Shown piece by piece: positions 38,760 through 49,030 of a stretch of DNA of 64,000 nucleotides. Made by a program: the position numbers and the translations under genes. The stretch's first letter is position 1. Each line of letters begins with the position of its first letter. Source of the stretch: an uncultured virus (IMG/VR IMGVR_UViG_3300044998_001320) (taxonomy: Duplodnaviria; Heunggongvirae; Uroviricota; Caudoviricetes); the IMG/VR virus record IMGVR_UViG_3300044998_001320; one strand, written 5' to 3'. Under the pieces are notes generated by a model. The model searched no databases, was not told the DNA's origin, and was given only the letters and a program-made list of their open reading frames with translations.

Positions 38760-39043
38760 CAGGCGACAAAATCGGGATTCTTCGGGAAATCGGCAGCGGT
38801 GTTGGCTACGGTGACAAGGCGACCACGCCCCAAGTCCGCCTCATCAAAGGGCGATCCAATGCGGTTGGCCAATAGCCACGCTCGGTACTCATGAGGATGC
38901 CCACCATGCTCTAACAGGAAACGGGGGAGGGGCTGACCGTCGTAGGCTAGCACCGTTGCATCGCTGCGCCGGACGGCATACCCGTAGGCAGCAAAGGCGC
39001 TGGGACAATCAGATCGAGTGCGAGCGGCTAATTCGTTGAGCAT
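38759..39043 (-). CDS. gpX/LysM-like baseplate protein
   Basis: YRAWLLANRIGSPF...LGRGRLVTV. Confidence 0.5.
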   Translation of the reverse strand: MLNELAARTRSDCPSAFAAYGYAVRRSDATVLAYDGQPLPRFLLEHGGHPHEYRAWLLANRIGSPFDEADLGRGRLVTVANTAADFPKNPDFVA

Positions 39044-39077
39044 GACCTATTCTGGTTTCACCAAGCTTAGTACGATC

Positions 39078-39785
39078 ATGACAGAATCCAAGTTTTCTCA
39101 GCCCGTCCTGTCGGCAACAGATCAATTGCAGGCGATCGCGAAAACAGCCAACGACGAAATCACGATCCACTACATCTCACTAAGTGAGCTGTCAAAGAAA
39201 TTCGCTGATCGCAACCCCAAGGTTCATGACATTGAAGCAATCTGTGACTCGATTCAACGGCATGGATTCAAGGATGCCCTGGAATACGACAGCGCCTTGA
39301 ATGACGGCAATGGTGGAATTGTGGCAGGAAATGGCCGCCTCGAAGCGCTGCTCAAGCTCCGTGACTCAGGAGCTAGAGCGCCACGCGGTATCAAAGCGAC
39401 AGAGGAGGGAGACTGGCTGATTCCTGTGCAGTTTGGAGTGAGCAGTCAATCAGAATCCGAGGGACTCGCCTATCTGATTGCAAACAATAACTTATCTTTG
39501 ATGGGTGGCGATCTGACGGCGCTGGATGCATCGCGCCTGTACGACGCAGATAGCTATGTTTCTCTTTTGCAAGATTTAGCAAAGATAGGATCGTTGCCGA
39601 TTTCTGTGGATGGCGATGACCTAGATCTGCTGATTTCTCAACTGAACGAAGCACCGGAAGATCCAGGTTTCGACGATCCAGATCTGAGACCAGACCTGCC
39701 TGCTCTTGAGTGTCGCTGCCCCCAATGTGGATTCGAGTTTGACCCCAAAGCAGCTAGGGCAACCACGCAAAACGCGAGTCTGTAA
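39078..39785 (+). CDS. ParB/Srx-like domain protein with C-terminal CxCPxC
   Basis: NPKVH...SIQRHGF...IVAGNGRLEAL...YLIANN; CRCPQCG. Confidence 0.8.
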   Translation: MTESKFSQPVLSATDQLQAIAKTANDEITIHYISLSELSKKFADRNPKVHDIEAICDSIQRHGFKDALEYDSALNDGNGGIVAGNGRLEALLKLRDSGARAPRGIKATEEGDWLIPVQFGVSSQSESEGLAYLIANNNLSLMGGDLTALDASRLYDADSYVSLLQDLAKIGSLPISVDGDDLDLLISQLNEAPEDPGFDDPDLRPDLPALECRCPQCGFEFDPKAARATTQNASL

Positions 39786-39888
39786 ATCGTCGGTCAAGTA
39801 GACGTCCTAAATTTTTCGTGAAGCGAGGGCAGACTCCATCAAGCCTCGTGGAAAATAGGGAGCTTCCATCTGTGTTGATTTGAACTCT

Positions 39889-41232
39889 ATGACTGATTTG
39901 CTGGACTTGCAATATTACTCGATCGACGACGTGGAGTTGTTTGACCGAAACGCAAAGTTGCACAACCTAGAGTTGATTGCCGAAGCAATTCGGCGATACG
40001 GACTGAAGAAGCCTCTACGTTGGGAACCTGAGCTGAACCAGGGGAGGGGAGCGATCGCGGCAGGCAACGGGCGGCTGGAAGCGCTACGGATGATGAGATC
40101 GCAAGGGGAACCTCCTCCGAGGGGGGTCAAGGTCACCACCGACGGGATATGGGAAGTCCCGATCCTGGTAGGCGTTGAGGCACTCACAGAGGCGGAAGCC
40201 CAGAGTTACGCGATCGATGACAACAACCTGTCCCTAGCTAGCGCGGGGATGAGTGTCGAGCAAATACTGGAATTGTGGGATCAGCGGGATTACGCAGATC
40301 TGCTGCAAACGCTTGAGGCGGAAGGGGTCTCACCTGTATCGATCGGGGACGACGACTTAGCTCAATTGCTAGCAGCGATCGAGGAATCCTGTCCACCAAA
40401 CCAAGGTGACGCGGATCTTACAGGACAACTACTGAACAATTGCGACGACATTGAGTCGAGGGTCTCTCCAGGGGAGGTTTGGTCACTTGGCTGCCATCGA
40501 TTGGCTTGCGGCGACTCAACCGATAACGACCAAGTGAAAACCCTTTTGGGTAAGCACTGGGGTACGGTTGACATGATTTTTACCGACCCACCCTACAACA
40601 TCAACTACCACGGCAAGACCAATAGCAGTGATCGGACAACAACCAGGATGGAGATTGCCAACGACAATTTCACCAATCCAGAGGATTTCCGGGCATTCTT
40701 GCAAAGCTTCTTTGACGTGGCAATTGGAGCCTGCTCGGCGGGAGCGGCGATTTATGTGTGCTATTCAGATATGGAGGCGGAAAATTTTCAACGAGCGCTT
40801 AAGGATGCAGGTTGGCTACTCAAACAAAACCTGATCTGGGTCAAACAAAATGGTTTTGTGGTGGGGCGGCAAGACTACCATTGGCAGCACGAGTCGATCC
40901 TGTACGGCTGGAAGCCAGGCGCAGCCCATCGATGGTATAGCGATCGCACCCAGTCCACAGTGTTAAACTTTGACCGGCCCACGGTCTCGCGAGAGCATCC
41001 GACGATGAAGCCAATCGACCTGGTGCAATATATTCTGGGCAACAGCAGCGCCCCAGACAGCTTAATCTACGACGGCTTCTTGGGAAGCGGTACGACCCTA
41101 CTTGCAGCCCAGTCAATGACAGGCAAGCGGCGGGTGTTTGGGTTTGAGATAAGCCCACAGTATTGTGAGGTAATTTGTCGGCGCTACGAAAACCTGACGG
41201 GAGACCTCGCCAAGCGAGTTGGACGACTTTAG
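39889..41232 (+). CDS. ParB-like domain fused to an N6/N4 DNA methyltransferase
   Basis: AAGNGRLEAL; HRLACGDS, FTDPPY, HPTMKP, DGFLGSGTT. Confidence 0.92.
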   Translation: MTDLLDLQYYSIDDVELFDRNAKLHNLELIAEAIRRYGLKKPLRWEPELNQGRGAIAAGNGRLEALRMMRSQGEPPPRGVKVTTDGIWEVPILVGVEALTEAEAQSYAIDDNNLSLASAGMSVEQILELWDQRDYADLLQTLEAEGVSPVSIGDDDLAQLLAAIEESCPPNQGDADLTGQLLNNCDDIESRVSPGEVWSLGCHRLACGDSTDNDQVKTLLGKHWGTVDMIFTDPPYNINYHGKTNSSDRTTTRMEIANDNFTNPEDFRAFLQSFFDVAIGACSAGAAIYVCYSDMEAENFQRALKDAGWLLKQNLIWVKQNGFVVGRQDYHWQHESILYGWKPGAAHRWYSDRTQSTVLNFDRPTVSREHPTMKPIDLVQYILGNSSAPDSLIYDGFLGSGTTLLAAQSMTGKRRVFGFEISPQYCEVICRRYENLTGDLAKRVGRL

Positions 41233-42410
41233 CGCACCCAAGTCTCGGGATAGGCTTGCCCCGTGCGATCGCCCCGGTCACCCCCCTGCCACCACATCTC
41301 AACTCGATCAATGATTGACTCATCGACCACTTGCGTCGTCTGGGCAAGGTACAAGGCCCTGACCCGGAACGCGGCGCGGTCAAGATCGCCAATTGCCCGA
41401 GTCGATCCGGTAAACGTAGTCACCCCCTCGACCAACAACGGAACCGATGCGCCGTAGGGTGGGCAGTCAAGGATGCCCACATGAGTAATCAGAGAGCGCA
41501 AGGTGCTGGCGATTGAGCGGGCCTCATCGGAGCGGGCTGCGAGAATTTGCACCTCAAAGAGCGAGTCGGCTATTGATTCTACAATCTGTCGCCGTCCAGC
41601 AATGGGAGAGATCTGGACACTGTCGCCACCACACTGCAACGGGTAGCGCGGGCGATCACGACGCACCTCACGAAACAAGACCTGCGGCAAATCGTCGATC
41701 TGATCAAAGTCATCATCGGTTCCCCGCGCGGCAACTCGGTATTGTAAGATCAGCTTGCCCGGAGTTGTTGGGGCGGGCGACTGAAGCTGGAGGTGATCGC
41801 CGCCGATCGCTACTGGGTGGTACGATGTCTCGGGAACCAAGAAGACTGCACTAGCAATGCGCTCGGGGGTGAGTCCCTGGGGAATGGCAATCGATCCGTC
41901 GGCGCGAGGCTGTACGTCGCGCACCAGCTCGATTGACCGTGATCGCACTAAGGCGGGTAACGCAAAATCGCGCAAGTAACTGGGCAGGTCGTGATTGGGC
42001 AGGCTGTAGGCGATTTTGATCTCATCAACCAAGCTGTGGGGCCCAAACTCAATCCAGAACTGGATCGTGCCCAACCAAGTGCTAAGGCGATCTCGCAGAT
42101 CGTCTGGGGTATAGAACTCAGGATTTGTCCCTGGACGCCACGCCCCGCCATTCCACTCGTAGGGCACGCCGTCCCGTCCGACAGCCAGGCGTACCCCGGC
42201 GGCGATCGGCGCTGGGCTAACCCCAACAAATCCGTAGGCTAACTTAGCAACAAAGGGGCGGGTGACGGCTACCCCCGTGCCATGCCACCCCCGATCACCG
42301 CGCACCAAGGTGGCGGGCAACAAGGAAAAGGCGGAGTGATCACTTAGGCTGAGGGTAGTAACGAAATTCATAATGCTAACGGAGACAATCTCACAGGGAA
42401 GGGGGTTCAA
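41229..42410 (-). CDS. Putative tail terminator/neck protein
   Basis: Follows the morphogenesis gene; C-terminal LPQVLF...FEVQILA pattern; start may be 42371. Confidence 0.5.
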   Translation of the reverse strand: MNPLPCEIVSVSIMNFVTTLSLSDHSAFSLLPATLVRGDRGWHGTGVAVTRPFVAKLAYGFVGVSPAPIAAGVRLAVGRDGVPYEWNGGAWRPGTNPEFYTPDDLRDRLSTWLGTIQFWIEFGPHSLVDEIKIAYSLPNHDLPSYLRDFALPALVRSRSIELVRDVQPRADGSIAIPQGLTPERIASAVFLVPETSYHPVAIGGDHLQLQSPAPTTPGKLILQYRVAARGTDDDFDQIDDLPQVLFREVRRDRPRYPLQCGGDSVQISPIAGRRQIVESIADSLFEVQILAARSDEARSIASTLRSLITHVGILDCPPYGASVPLLVEGVTTFTGSTRAIGDLDRAAFRVRALYLAQTTQVVDESIIDRVEMWWQGGDRGDRTGQAYPETWVR

Positions 42411-42910
42411 CCCAACCCAACCGGAGGCAGGTCACTGGCCACATCATGAAATGCCTGCTCCCAAAAATGCCGACCCGGGATGTTGATGTGGGTAGTGGAG
42501 GACTTAAGAAAGATTCCGTGACGGGCTAACCAGCCGCGCATTTGGGGCGAAACAGGAATGGTCGCCCCCCGCTCCTGCACGCGAGCCACCAAACTGGGCT
42601 TTCCTTCAGGGACACCAACGATTGCCATGAACCGGGAGCCTTGACGTTCATAGCGGATTTCGATATGATTCCGAATTCCCGACCCATCAGGCGGCCCGTC
42701 CTGGGCATAGATTTTGTGAGTGGCCTCTGACAAGGGGGGCGGCAATCGTCCACGGCCTTGGGTTTCCAAGTTCAAAATAGCGCGATCATACATCTGGTGA
42801 GCTAGACCCTTTGCCCAACGCTCACCAGAGCTTGTCGTTTCACGCGCCAACCGCTCTAGGCGATCAGCGGCTGCAAAGAAATCACCTTGACCGATCGGAG
42901 TGAGTCGCAC
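42407..42910 (-). CDS. Virion morphogenesis / tail completion protein
   Basis: PPLSEAT...ARVQERGATI...INIPGRHF. Confidence 0.75.
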   Translation of the reverse strand: MRLTPIGQGDFFAAADRLERLARETTSSGERWAKGLAHQMYDRAILNLETQGRGRLPPPLSEATHKIYAQDGPPDGSGIRNHIEIRYERQGSRFMAIVGVPEGKPSLVARVQERGATIPVSPQMRGWLARHGIFLKSSTTHINIPGRHFWEQAFHDVASDLPPVGLG

Positions 42911-42925
42911 AGTAATACTCCTGGA

Positions 42926-45900
42926 CTAACCGTAACTCCAGGGGCCACGCGGTGGACCTAGGTCTATGTGGCAAAACCTGCCCCCGTTGCTAACCGCAAT
43001 GCCGCCCCTGTTCTTATTCCACCCGTCACTCAACAGCTTGGAATAGAGTTGCCGATGTACACTGTCGGTGATATCGACGGCGTGCCCCGACATGTGCTGA
43101 CTGGCAGACTTTCCGCCTGCTTGTCGGTTGCTCACAGGATCTCGGTACCAGCTTGAGAACGCCAACTTCCCACCACCCTTGAATTGCCTGCAGAGATCCT
43201 CCATGACCTGGGCCATCTTGGACATGTTCTGCATGATTGTTTTGCCGTCAAGCTTGGAGCCATTTGAACCGGGAACCCGCGAGCCGTTCTTCGTCGCATC
43301 GCCCCACGTATACTTGCCCCCAGGTATGATCGGTTGGTTCAGAATCGTGTTCCCCCAGCCAGGAACGTTGATGTTCCCCGTGGGATGAACCGGAGCTGGG
43401 CCCGGTGTGACCACCGTAGCAGAGACCACTTCTTTTTCTGTGGGGTTCCACCCTTTGACCGTTAAAGCCCCAAAGCCTGACTGCAACTGAATCCCGGTAC
43501 GCTGCCAGGCGCGTGCCTGTACAAAGGCGGGGCGGTTGCGTGTATAATCTAACACCACACCCGAGGGTTCACCCTTACCTGGTGCGGTTTCCTTGACGGT
43601 GTTGCCCGAGACGGTGGTAGTGTTACCTTGCAAGAGAGACTGGGCTTGGGCGACGCGCCCCGGCGATTGACCCAAGAAAGCCTGTCCTTGAGAAGAAACC
43701 AAGGGAGCGGCCCCGTTGCCCTTGTAGTGCAACCCGTTGGACGCGAGGTGCTGCAGTACCGTAGACTGCTGTTGGTGCTGGGCACGGATTTGATCAAGGA
43801 GGGCGGCGGCACTGCCGGACTGGGCGGCGGCGGCGGAAATCGCCCGTGAAAATAAATCCGCCGAAGATAGGGCGGATTTGACGGGTGTTGTCACCGATAC
43901 CTCCGTCTTTTGCATTGACTTCAACCCGTCGCCTATACCGCTGATTAGGGCTGCTGCCGACCCACCAATCGCCTCAGGCTTGGGTTTCAACACTTCAATG
44001 CGAACGGCGGATGGCGACACGATTGGCCCAACAGCGACGCTCCCTGCAGTGGCAGCGCTCCCGACTGGAGAGGCCTTGGACGATGGGCTGGGCAGTGCGG
44101 ATGCGGGCCTGCCTAATCCGATCGCCGCCGCTACGCTGCTTGATACTTCGATCTTGGCGTTGCCGGACTTGGGCCCTCGATCAGAAACAACCGCGATCGC
44201 CGACTTACTGGTGGACAGCGCGGTGATTCGCACCTCGGTTCCCAAGGGTAGAGTTTTGTGAGCGGCGATCGGTTTTGTCGGGTCGTAGGGGGATCCGTTG
44301 GCCATCTTTTGCCCCTTACGCAGATCCGCGATCACTGTCGCCTCGCCGGATTCTACGCTCAGTACCTCGCGGGTATCTGCCTGGGTTGGAATCGTCTGGT
44401 CAACAACCCCCGAGGCTGCACCGGAGAGCTTGCTGAAGGACATATCCACGGCGCGGATCTCTAGTCCGCCTGGCTGAATTCGCCCAACGTGGTAAATCTC
44501 ACCCACAAATTTGTTGATCGTGTCACCGTTCACGAACCCGATCGCCACCTCAACCTGACGGTGTTTGCTGACGACAAGCCGATGCACGTCATCGGGGTCG
44601 TTGATCACGCACCGAAACTGGTCATGGACATAGGTAGCCGATCGAATGCTGGGTGGAAATGGGCGGTACAGGAAATCGCCCTTCAGATTGCTGAACTCCA
44701 GGTCTCCAAACTTGACTCGCAATAGCACCCGATTGCGATCACCCTTGGGTGGTGCACCTACCAAGGGGGACGCCGCTGCCTGTTTAGCCTCTTCACTGCT
44801 GTTGGTCGCTACCGCCCCACCACCGGTTGGCGCGGTGATTTCAAAGAGCTTGGGGTCAATCCGAATGGCCGCCGCTGCCGCCTTGACTCGCTCTTCTGTT
44901 GTGGGGGCTTTGCCGGGTGGGGACATCGTTTGCCCAGGAACCGCTATCGCTCCGCTACCAGCCCGCGTGACGAGTGATCCAAAATTTACGACCGCTTCGT
45001 TGCCAGATCCTAAAAGGAGCACAGCATTGGATCCTGTCAGCAGATCGGCGGATGACCCGGCAGGCGCAGCACTGTCGGTGCTGTCAGTCGCACCCATGCC
45101 TCGTACTGCGAAGGTCTTGCCCGCCGACAGGTTCAGTACGTCGGGTTGGGCAGACACGTCGATTGTGAATCGGCACTCGTGCGATCGGGCGCGATCGCCC
45201 TCGTGCAGTCCCAGTGCGTACCCTAGTGCGTCAAGTTGCGACGCGGGGTTGACAATGCCAGCCACGGTGCGATCGCTGCCACTGCCGGGGTCGTAATCAT
45301 TAGACCCATAGGTTCCCCCAGGAGGGAAGTTGCCTGAGATTCCGGCGGTCAAGAACTGCTTGCATCGCTCAACCACCTTGTAGAACTTGGGCAACCCATT
45401 CGGTGTGCCTCTCCACCCATTGATTGCCTTACGAACATTGAGCCAGTTCCCCGCTTCGGCATGGGGTACGGCGGATCTTTTCGTGCCAGCCTGCCCGCCC
45501 CAGGTAAAAACCAGGGCCTTGGCTGTTGCCTCTGAGTGGGTTTCCAGAAGCTCTGGACGTGAGACGACATCGATGCCGGTCAGTTTGGAGATCATTTGGT
45601 ATCCCCCTCTGCCGGTGGTTTGGATGTAGCCTCGCCCCACATACCTTGCGCCATCGCCGGGCTGGGTGTTGCCCAAGTCCACAACGTTTCCCTCGTAGGC
45701 ACGCCCGTTGCTTTTTTCCTTGATTGGCGCAAAGGTTGTTGTTTCAACCGACATGGTTGCCAGTAGCCCAATCAGTTGATTCTTGGAAGTCCAGCCCTTG
45801 GCCGCAAACATGGGCATCACCAATGACAAGAATTGGGCGACATGTTTGGGATCTGCATCGGGGCAGCATTTCATTACCACGTCTACCGTGGGATACCCGG

Positions 45901-45994
45901 TGGCCCCGCCACTAGCCGCGGGAGTGGCGGCGCTACCAGCACTGGACGTGGCGCTACCAGCTTGATTTGTTGCGATGGGGTTGGTGGTAGCCAT
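42926..45994 (-). CDS. Baseplate hub (gpD-like) multi-enzyme protein: GH19-like, RlpA-like DPBB and M15 peptidase domains
   Basis: LGNTQPGDGARYVGRGYIQTTGR; MANG...AAHKTLPLGT...SDRGP; SSWYR...SQHMSGHAVD...HID; hub segments VEVAIGF...FVGEI and TVKGWNP. Confidence 0.82.
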   Translation of the reverse strand: MATTNPIATNQAGSATSSAGSAATPAASGGATGYPTVDVVMKCCPDADPKHVAQFLSLVMPMFAAKGWTSKNQLIGLLATMSVETTTFAPIKEKSNGRAYEGNVVDLGNTQPGDGARYVGRGYIQTTGRGGYQMISKLTGIDVVSRPELLETHSEATAKALVFTWGGQAGTKRSAVPHAEAGNWLNVRKAINGWRGTPNGLPKFYKVVERCKQFLTAGISGNFPPGGTYGSNDYDPGSGSDRTVAGIVNPASQLDALGYALGLHEGDRARSHECRFTIDVSAQPDVLNLSAGKTFAVRGMGATDSTDSAAPAGSSADLLTGSNAVLLLGSGNEAVVNFGSLVTRAGSGAIAVPGQTMSPPGKAPTTEERVKAAAAAIRIDPKLFEITAPTGGGAVATNSSEEAKQAAASPLVGAPPKGDRNRVLLRVKFGDLEFSNLKGDFLYRPFPPSIRSATYVHDQFRCVINDPDDVHRLVVSKHRQVEVAIGFVNGDTINKFVGEIYHVGRIQPGGLEIRAVDMSFSKLSGAASGVVDQTIPTQADTREVLSVESGEATVIADLRKGQKMANGSPYDPTKPIAAHKTLPLGTEVRITALSTSKSAIAVVSDRGPKSGNAKIEVSSSVAAAIGLGRPASALPSPSSKASPVGSAATAGSVAVGPIVSPSAVRIEVLKPKPEAIGGSAAALISGIGDGLKSMQKTEVSVTTPVKSALSSADLFSRAISAAAAQSGSAAALLDQIRAQHQQQSTVLQHLASNGLHYKGNGAAPLVSSQGQAFLGQSPGRVAQAQSLLQGNTTTVSGNTVKETAPGKGEPSGVVLDYTRNRPAFVQARAWQRTGIQLQSGFGALTVKGWNPTEKEVVSATVVTPGPAPVHPTGNINVPGWGNTILNQPIIPGGKYTWGDATKNGSRVPGSNGSKLDGKTIMQNMSKMAQVMEDLCRQFKGGGKLAFSSWYRDPVSNRQAGGKSASQHMSGHAVDITDSVHRQLYSKLLSDGWNKNRGGIAVSNGGRFCHIDLGPPRGPWSYG

Positions 45995-46118
45995 GGAGGG
46001 GTCAAGCGAAAAACCGCACAAGCTTGTCAGGGACAGTAATGGCGCGGGCGCGGTTGGCAGGTTCTCAATACTGCTATTCTAGGGTATTGGGGATTGCACT
46101 GGAATCCGCGCAACACGG

Positions 46119-46655
46119 TTGCCCAGCAAGATGGACAGAGCTTGCCCCGACACGGGCGTTGGAATCTATCAAATTCAATCTTTGCGGGAGCTGGACGCGA
46201 TCGCGGCGATTTCCTGTTGGGGCTGGGATGAACGCCTGCGGGATATGGCCCGATCACCCGATCCGACGATCCAAGCAACCCTTGACAGCCAAAGAAATTG
46301 GCAGGGCGACCGTGTGGCCTACTTGCCACGCCTAAGCAATCCGCAGACCGCTGAAGACCTTGAGTGTCTGTGGCAATTACAGGCGACTGCCCAGTTGGCC
46401 TTGGTTCCTATCCACAAGGGACTGGCTTGGACGGCGATCGCGCTTGAGTGGGTTCAGTCTCCCGACAGCCAGATTGGTCGTCAGCCGTTTCAGCTATGGA
46501 CTCAGCCTCACCCAGGTAGCACCTCAGTGGGGCGTACTCAACCAATTGCGATCTGCCTAGGGGCGATCGCCCGACACGGAAGACTTTTCGACCTGTACCA
46601 CGCCCCGACCGCCCGATTGCTATTACCCCCCGAGTTAGTCGCTGCCAACCAATGA
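46119..46655 (+). CDS. Hypothetical protein upstream of portal
   Basis: ATGA overlap with the portal gene. Confidence 0.55.
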   Translation: MPSKMDRACPDTGVGIYQIQSLRELDAIAAISCWGWDERLRDMARSPDPTIQATLDSQRNWQGDRVAYLPRLSNPQTAEDLECLWQLQATAQLALVPIHKGLAWTAIALEWVQSPDSQIGRQPFQLWTQPHPGSTSVGRTQPIAICLGAIARHGRLFDLYHAPTARLLLPPELVAANQ

Positions 46656-47851
46656 CCTCTCCACTCACCTTTGACAGATCCTTGAAATGGCAACGCCACT
46701 CCCTGCTGCGATCCAGGTACGCGGCGAACCTGGATCCTATGGGACTGCTCCGTCGCTCGATCAACGCTTATGACCAGCGGCGGCGATCATCCTGGGAACT
46801 AACGATACTAGCTGCGTTTCCCCCGGTAGCTCGGGCGATCGAGCGGGTAACAACTGGGGTCTTGAATATGCGCTGGTCGGTACTGCCTCCGATCAAGCAA
46901 GAGCATGACGAGCGCGCAGTGGAAACCGCACGCTGGCTAGGGGAATCCTTGCAAAATCCCAACACGCAAGGCGATGGAATCGACGGACTATTGGCGGCAA
47001 TCGTGAGAGATCTGCTAGTCCATTCGGTGGCTGGGATTGAGCGCCAGCCGGGCGACAGTGATCAGGCGTTCTGGTTGTGGGCGATTGACCCGACCAAGCT
47101 AGAGCTAATTGAATCATGGGAACCGGACTCAGATCTACCACGCTATCGCTACTCCAGTGGCATGAGCACAGTCGACTTGCAAAATGATCAGGCTTTCCTG
47201 ATTAAACGGCTAGGCAGCAGCGCCGACCCACTCCCCCGCAGCCCCGTCGAGATCGCCGCCCCGGTTGTCCTATCCTGGATCTCACTACTTGACTACCAAT
47301 CAATCCAGACAAGCAAAAGCAACCCATCCACGCTGATCCATTTAGGGGATGTGAGCAAAGAAGAGCTGGAGGAGTTTCGAGACTATTGGGAATACGAGGT
47401 TCTCCAGCAGAGCAAACAGCCAAGCATGGGCAGCAAAGGCACGCCTCAGATCTTGCGGCTCAATTCTCAGACGGACGAGGGGTTATACCTCAAATACGCT
47501 GAGTACCTGCTAAGGATGATCGCCATCTGCTTTAATTTGACCCCCCGCGATCTGGGATTGACGGATCACGACAACCGAGCAACGGCAGGGGAAGCCGCTT
47601 CGTCGACCCACGCGGATGCAGTGGCCCCGATCGCCCGACTGGTGTTCCGTAGACTACAACACGAGGTAATTGATTTCTACTTCCCTGGATACAGATTACA
47701 GTTGGTCGACACGGAGCCACGCACGGAAACTGAAGAAGCTGAACGGGCGGTCATGCTATGGGAGAAAGGGGTGATCACCCTGAATCAAACCTTGATTGCT
47801 GTAGGGATGGAGCCAATCGGGCCCGAGGGCGATCGGCGGATCAACGACTAA
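46652..47851 (+). CDS. Phage portal protein
   Basis: PVARAIERV, IVRDLLV, LWAIDP, SPVE, IAICFNLTPRDLG, GVITLNQ...GMEPI. Confidence 0.88.
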   Translation: MTSPLTFDRSLKWQRHSLLRSRYAANLDPMGLLRRSINAYDQRRRSSWELTILAAFPPVARAIERVTTGVLNMRWSVLPPIKQEHDERAVETARWLGESLQNPNTQGDGIDGLLAAIVRDLLVHSVAGIERQPGDSDQAFWLWAIDPTKLELIESWEPDSDLPRYRYSSGMSTVDLQNDQAFLIKRLGSSADPLPRSPVEIAAPVVLSWISLLDYQSIQTSKSNPSTLIHLGDVSKEELEEFRDYWEYEVLQQSKQPSMGSKGTPQILRLNSQTDEGLYLKYAEYLLRMIAICFNLTPRDLGLTDHDNRATAGEAASSTHADAVAPIARLVFRRLQHEVIDFYFPGYRLQLVDTEPRTETEEAERAVMLWEKGVITLNQTLIAVGMEPIGPEGDRRIND

Positions 47852-48228
47852 GCCAAATCAAACCAGACAAAGTTGGCATCGTCGCGTAGAGCCACGGCAC
47901 AAACTTGGCTAACACCGTAGTTGGTGTGGTTACTGGGAATTCGGTCAAAGGGGTTCTCAGGAATGGGGGGCGGGGGCGGGTCGTCAGGATCCAAAGGCTC
48001 GCGGGGGGTGGGGGGTGTCCACAGGTCTATCGCGCCAGCACCCGATGCAATCAAGGTACGATCACGCCACAGGCTCTCACCATAGATCGGCTCTGCGCTG
48101 TTAGCCACGTCAATCCGCCACGACACCAACGTCCAACGCTCAAACTGAGCATAGCCTCGAATGGTGTAGCGATCACCTTCGTTGAGAATCAGCCCTACTG
48201 GCAACTGAAAGAAGACGGGAGCCAGCAT
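47848..48228 (-). CDS. Hypothetical protein
   Basis: TGATG-coupled to the upstream gene. Confidence 0.5.
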   Translation of the reverse strand: MLAPVFFQLPVGLILNEGDRYTIRGYAQFERWTLVSWRIDVANSAEPIYGESLWRDRTLIASGAGAIDLWTPPTPREPLDPDDPPPPPIPENPFDRIPSNHTNYGVSQVCAVALRDDANFVWFDLA

Positions 48229-49028
48229 CACCTCAGCACCCGATAGACACGGCATGGATAGTTGCGATCATAGCGGGCGTCATACTCGCTATAGGACGCG
48301 ACCCATACAAATCGAGACCTGCTGCTGCTGTTACTAACCACCTTGTCTGGCCCCAAGACGATGCCGACGTGAGCGCGCTGGCCCTTGCCCATGATCACGA
48401 TGTCTCCGGGCTGCCCTGCCGTGCGAGGCTCGATCTTTTGTCCACGTCCACCTGCCAGCTCCTCCTCAAGGCTATCAACCAGGTTAGGGTTCGTCCCGAT
48501 CGGCTTTAGTCCGGCTCGAGCCATTACCTTGTTCACGGCCCAGGCGCAAGCAACCCTACCGCCACCAGGCCCGGCAGCGGTAGACATTTTCTCAGCATAG
48601 GCAGCGCTGGCGGCTTGAAAGATCTTAGTGTTGATCTCCCCAGCGGGACTAGCCGGGCCGCCGGCCCCGCTACCCGCTGCCAAGGTGATTCCCTCGAGAG
48701 GGCGATCAGCGTTCCCCAAAAACACCTGGGGTGGGGGGGCGTTTGGATCCGGCTTGTAGCCATAGATATGGGCAATGATGCGATCAGTAATCTCGAACTC
48801 AATTTCTTCGCACGTGTATTCGCCGTCTAGCTCACTAGTGAAAGGCTTCGCCCCTGAGCCAGCAATCACTGCCAGCTCACCCGAACTCCCCCCACTACCC
48901 CCAAGAGACAACGATCCAAGCGAGCCAACACTTGCAGCTCCCAAGACCCCGGCAGTGAAGGACAGAGATCCGGTTGTTACGATTGTCCCGTTTTGGCTGG
49001 CAGCTCGGGAGATCGAAGGAATTGCCAT
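48228..49028 (-). CDS. NlpC/P60- or CHAP-like hydrolase preceded by a hub C-terminal fragment
   Basis: ACAWAV...PGDIVI...HVGIV; LDGEYTCEEIEFEI. Confidence 0.72.
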   Translation of the reverse strand: MAIPSISRAASQNGTIVTTGSLSFTAGVLGAASVGSLGSLSLGGSGGSSGELAVIAGSGAKPFTSELDGEYTCEEIEFEITDRIIAHIYGYKPDPNAPPPQVFLGNADRPLEGITLAAGSGAGGPASPAGEINTKIFQAASAAYAEKMSTAAGPGGGRVACAWAVNKVMARAGLKPIGTNPNLVDSLEEELAGGRGQKIEPRTAGQPGDIVIMGKGQRAHVGIVLGPDKVVSNSSSRSRFVWVASYSEYDARYDRNYPCRVYRVLR

Positions 49029-49030
49029 AG

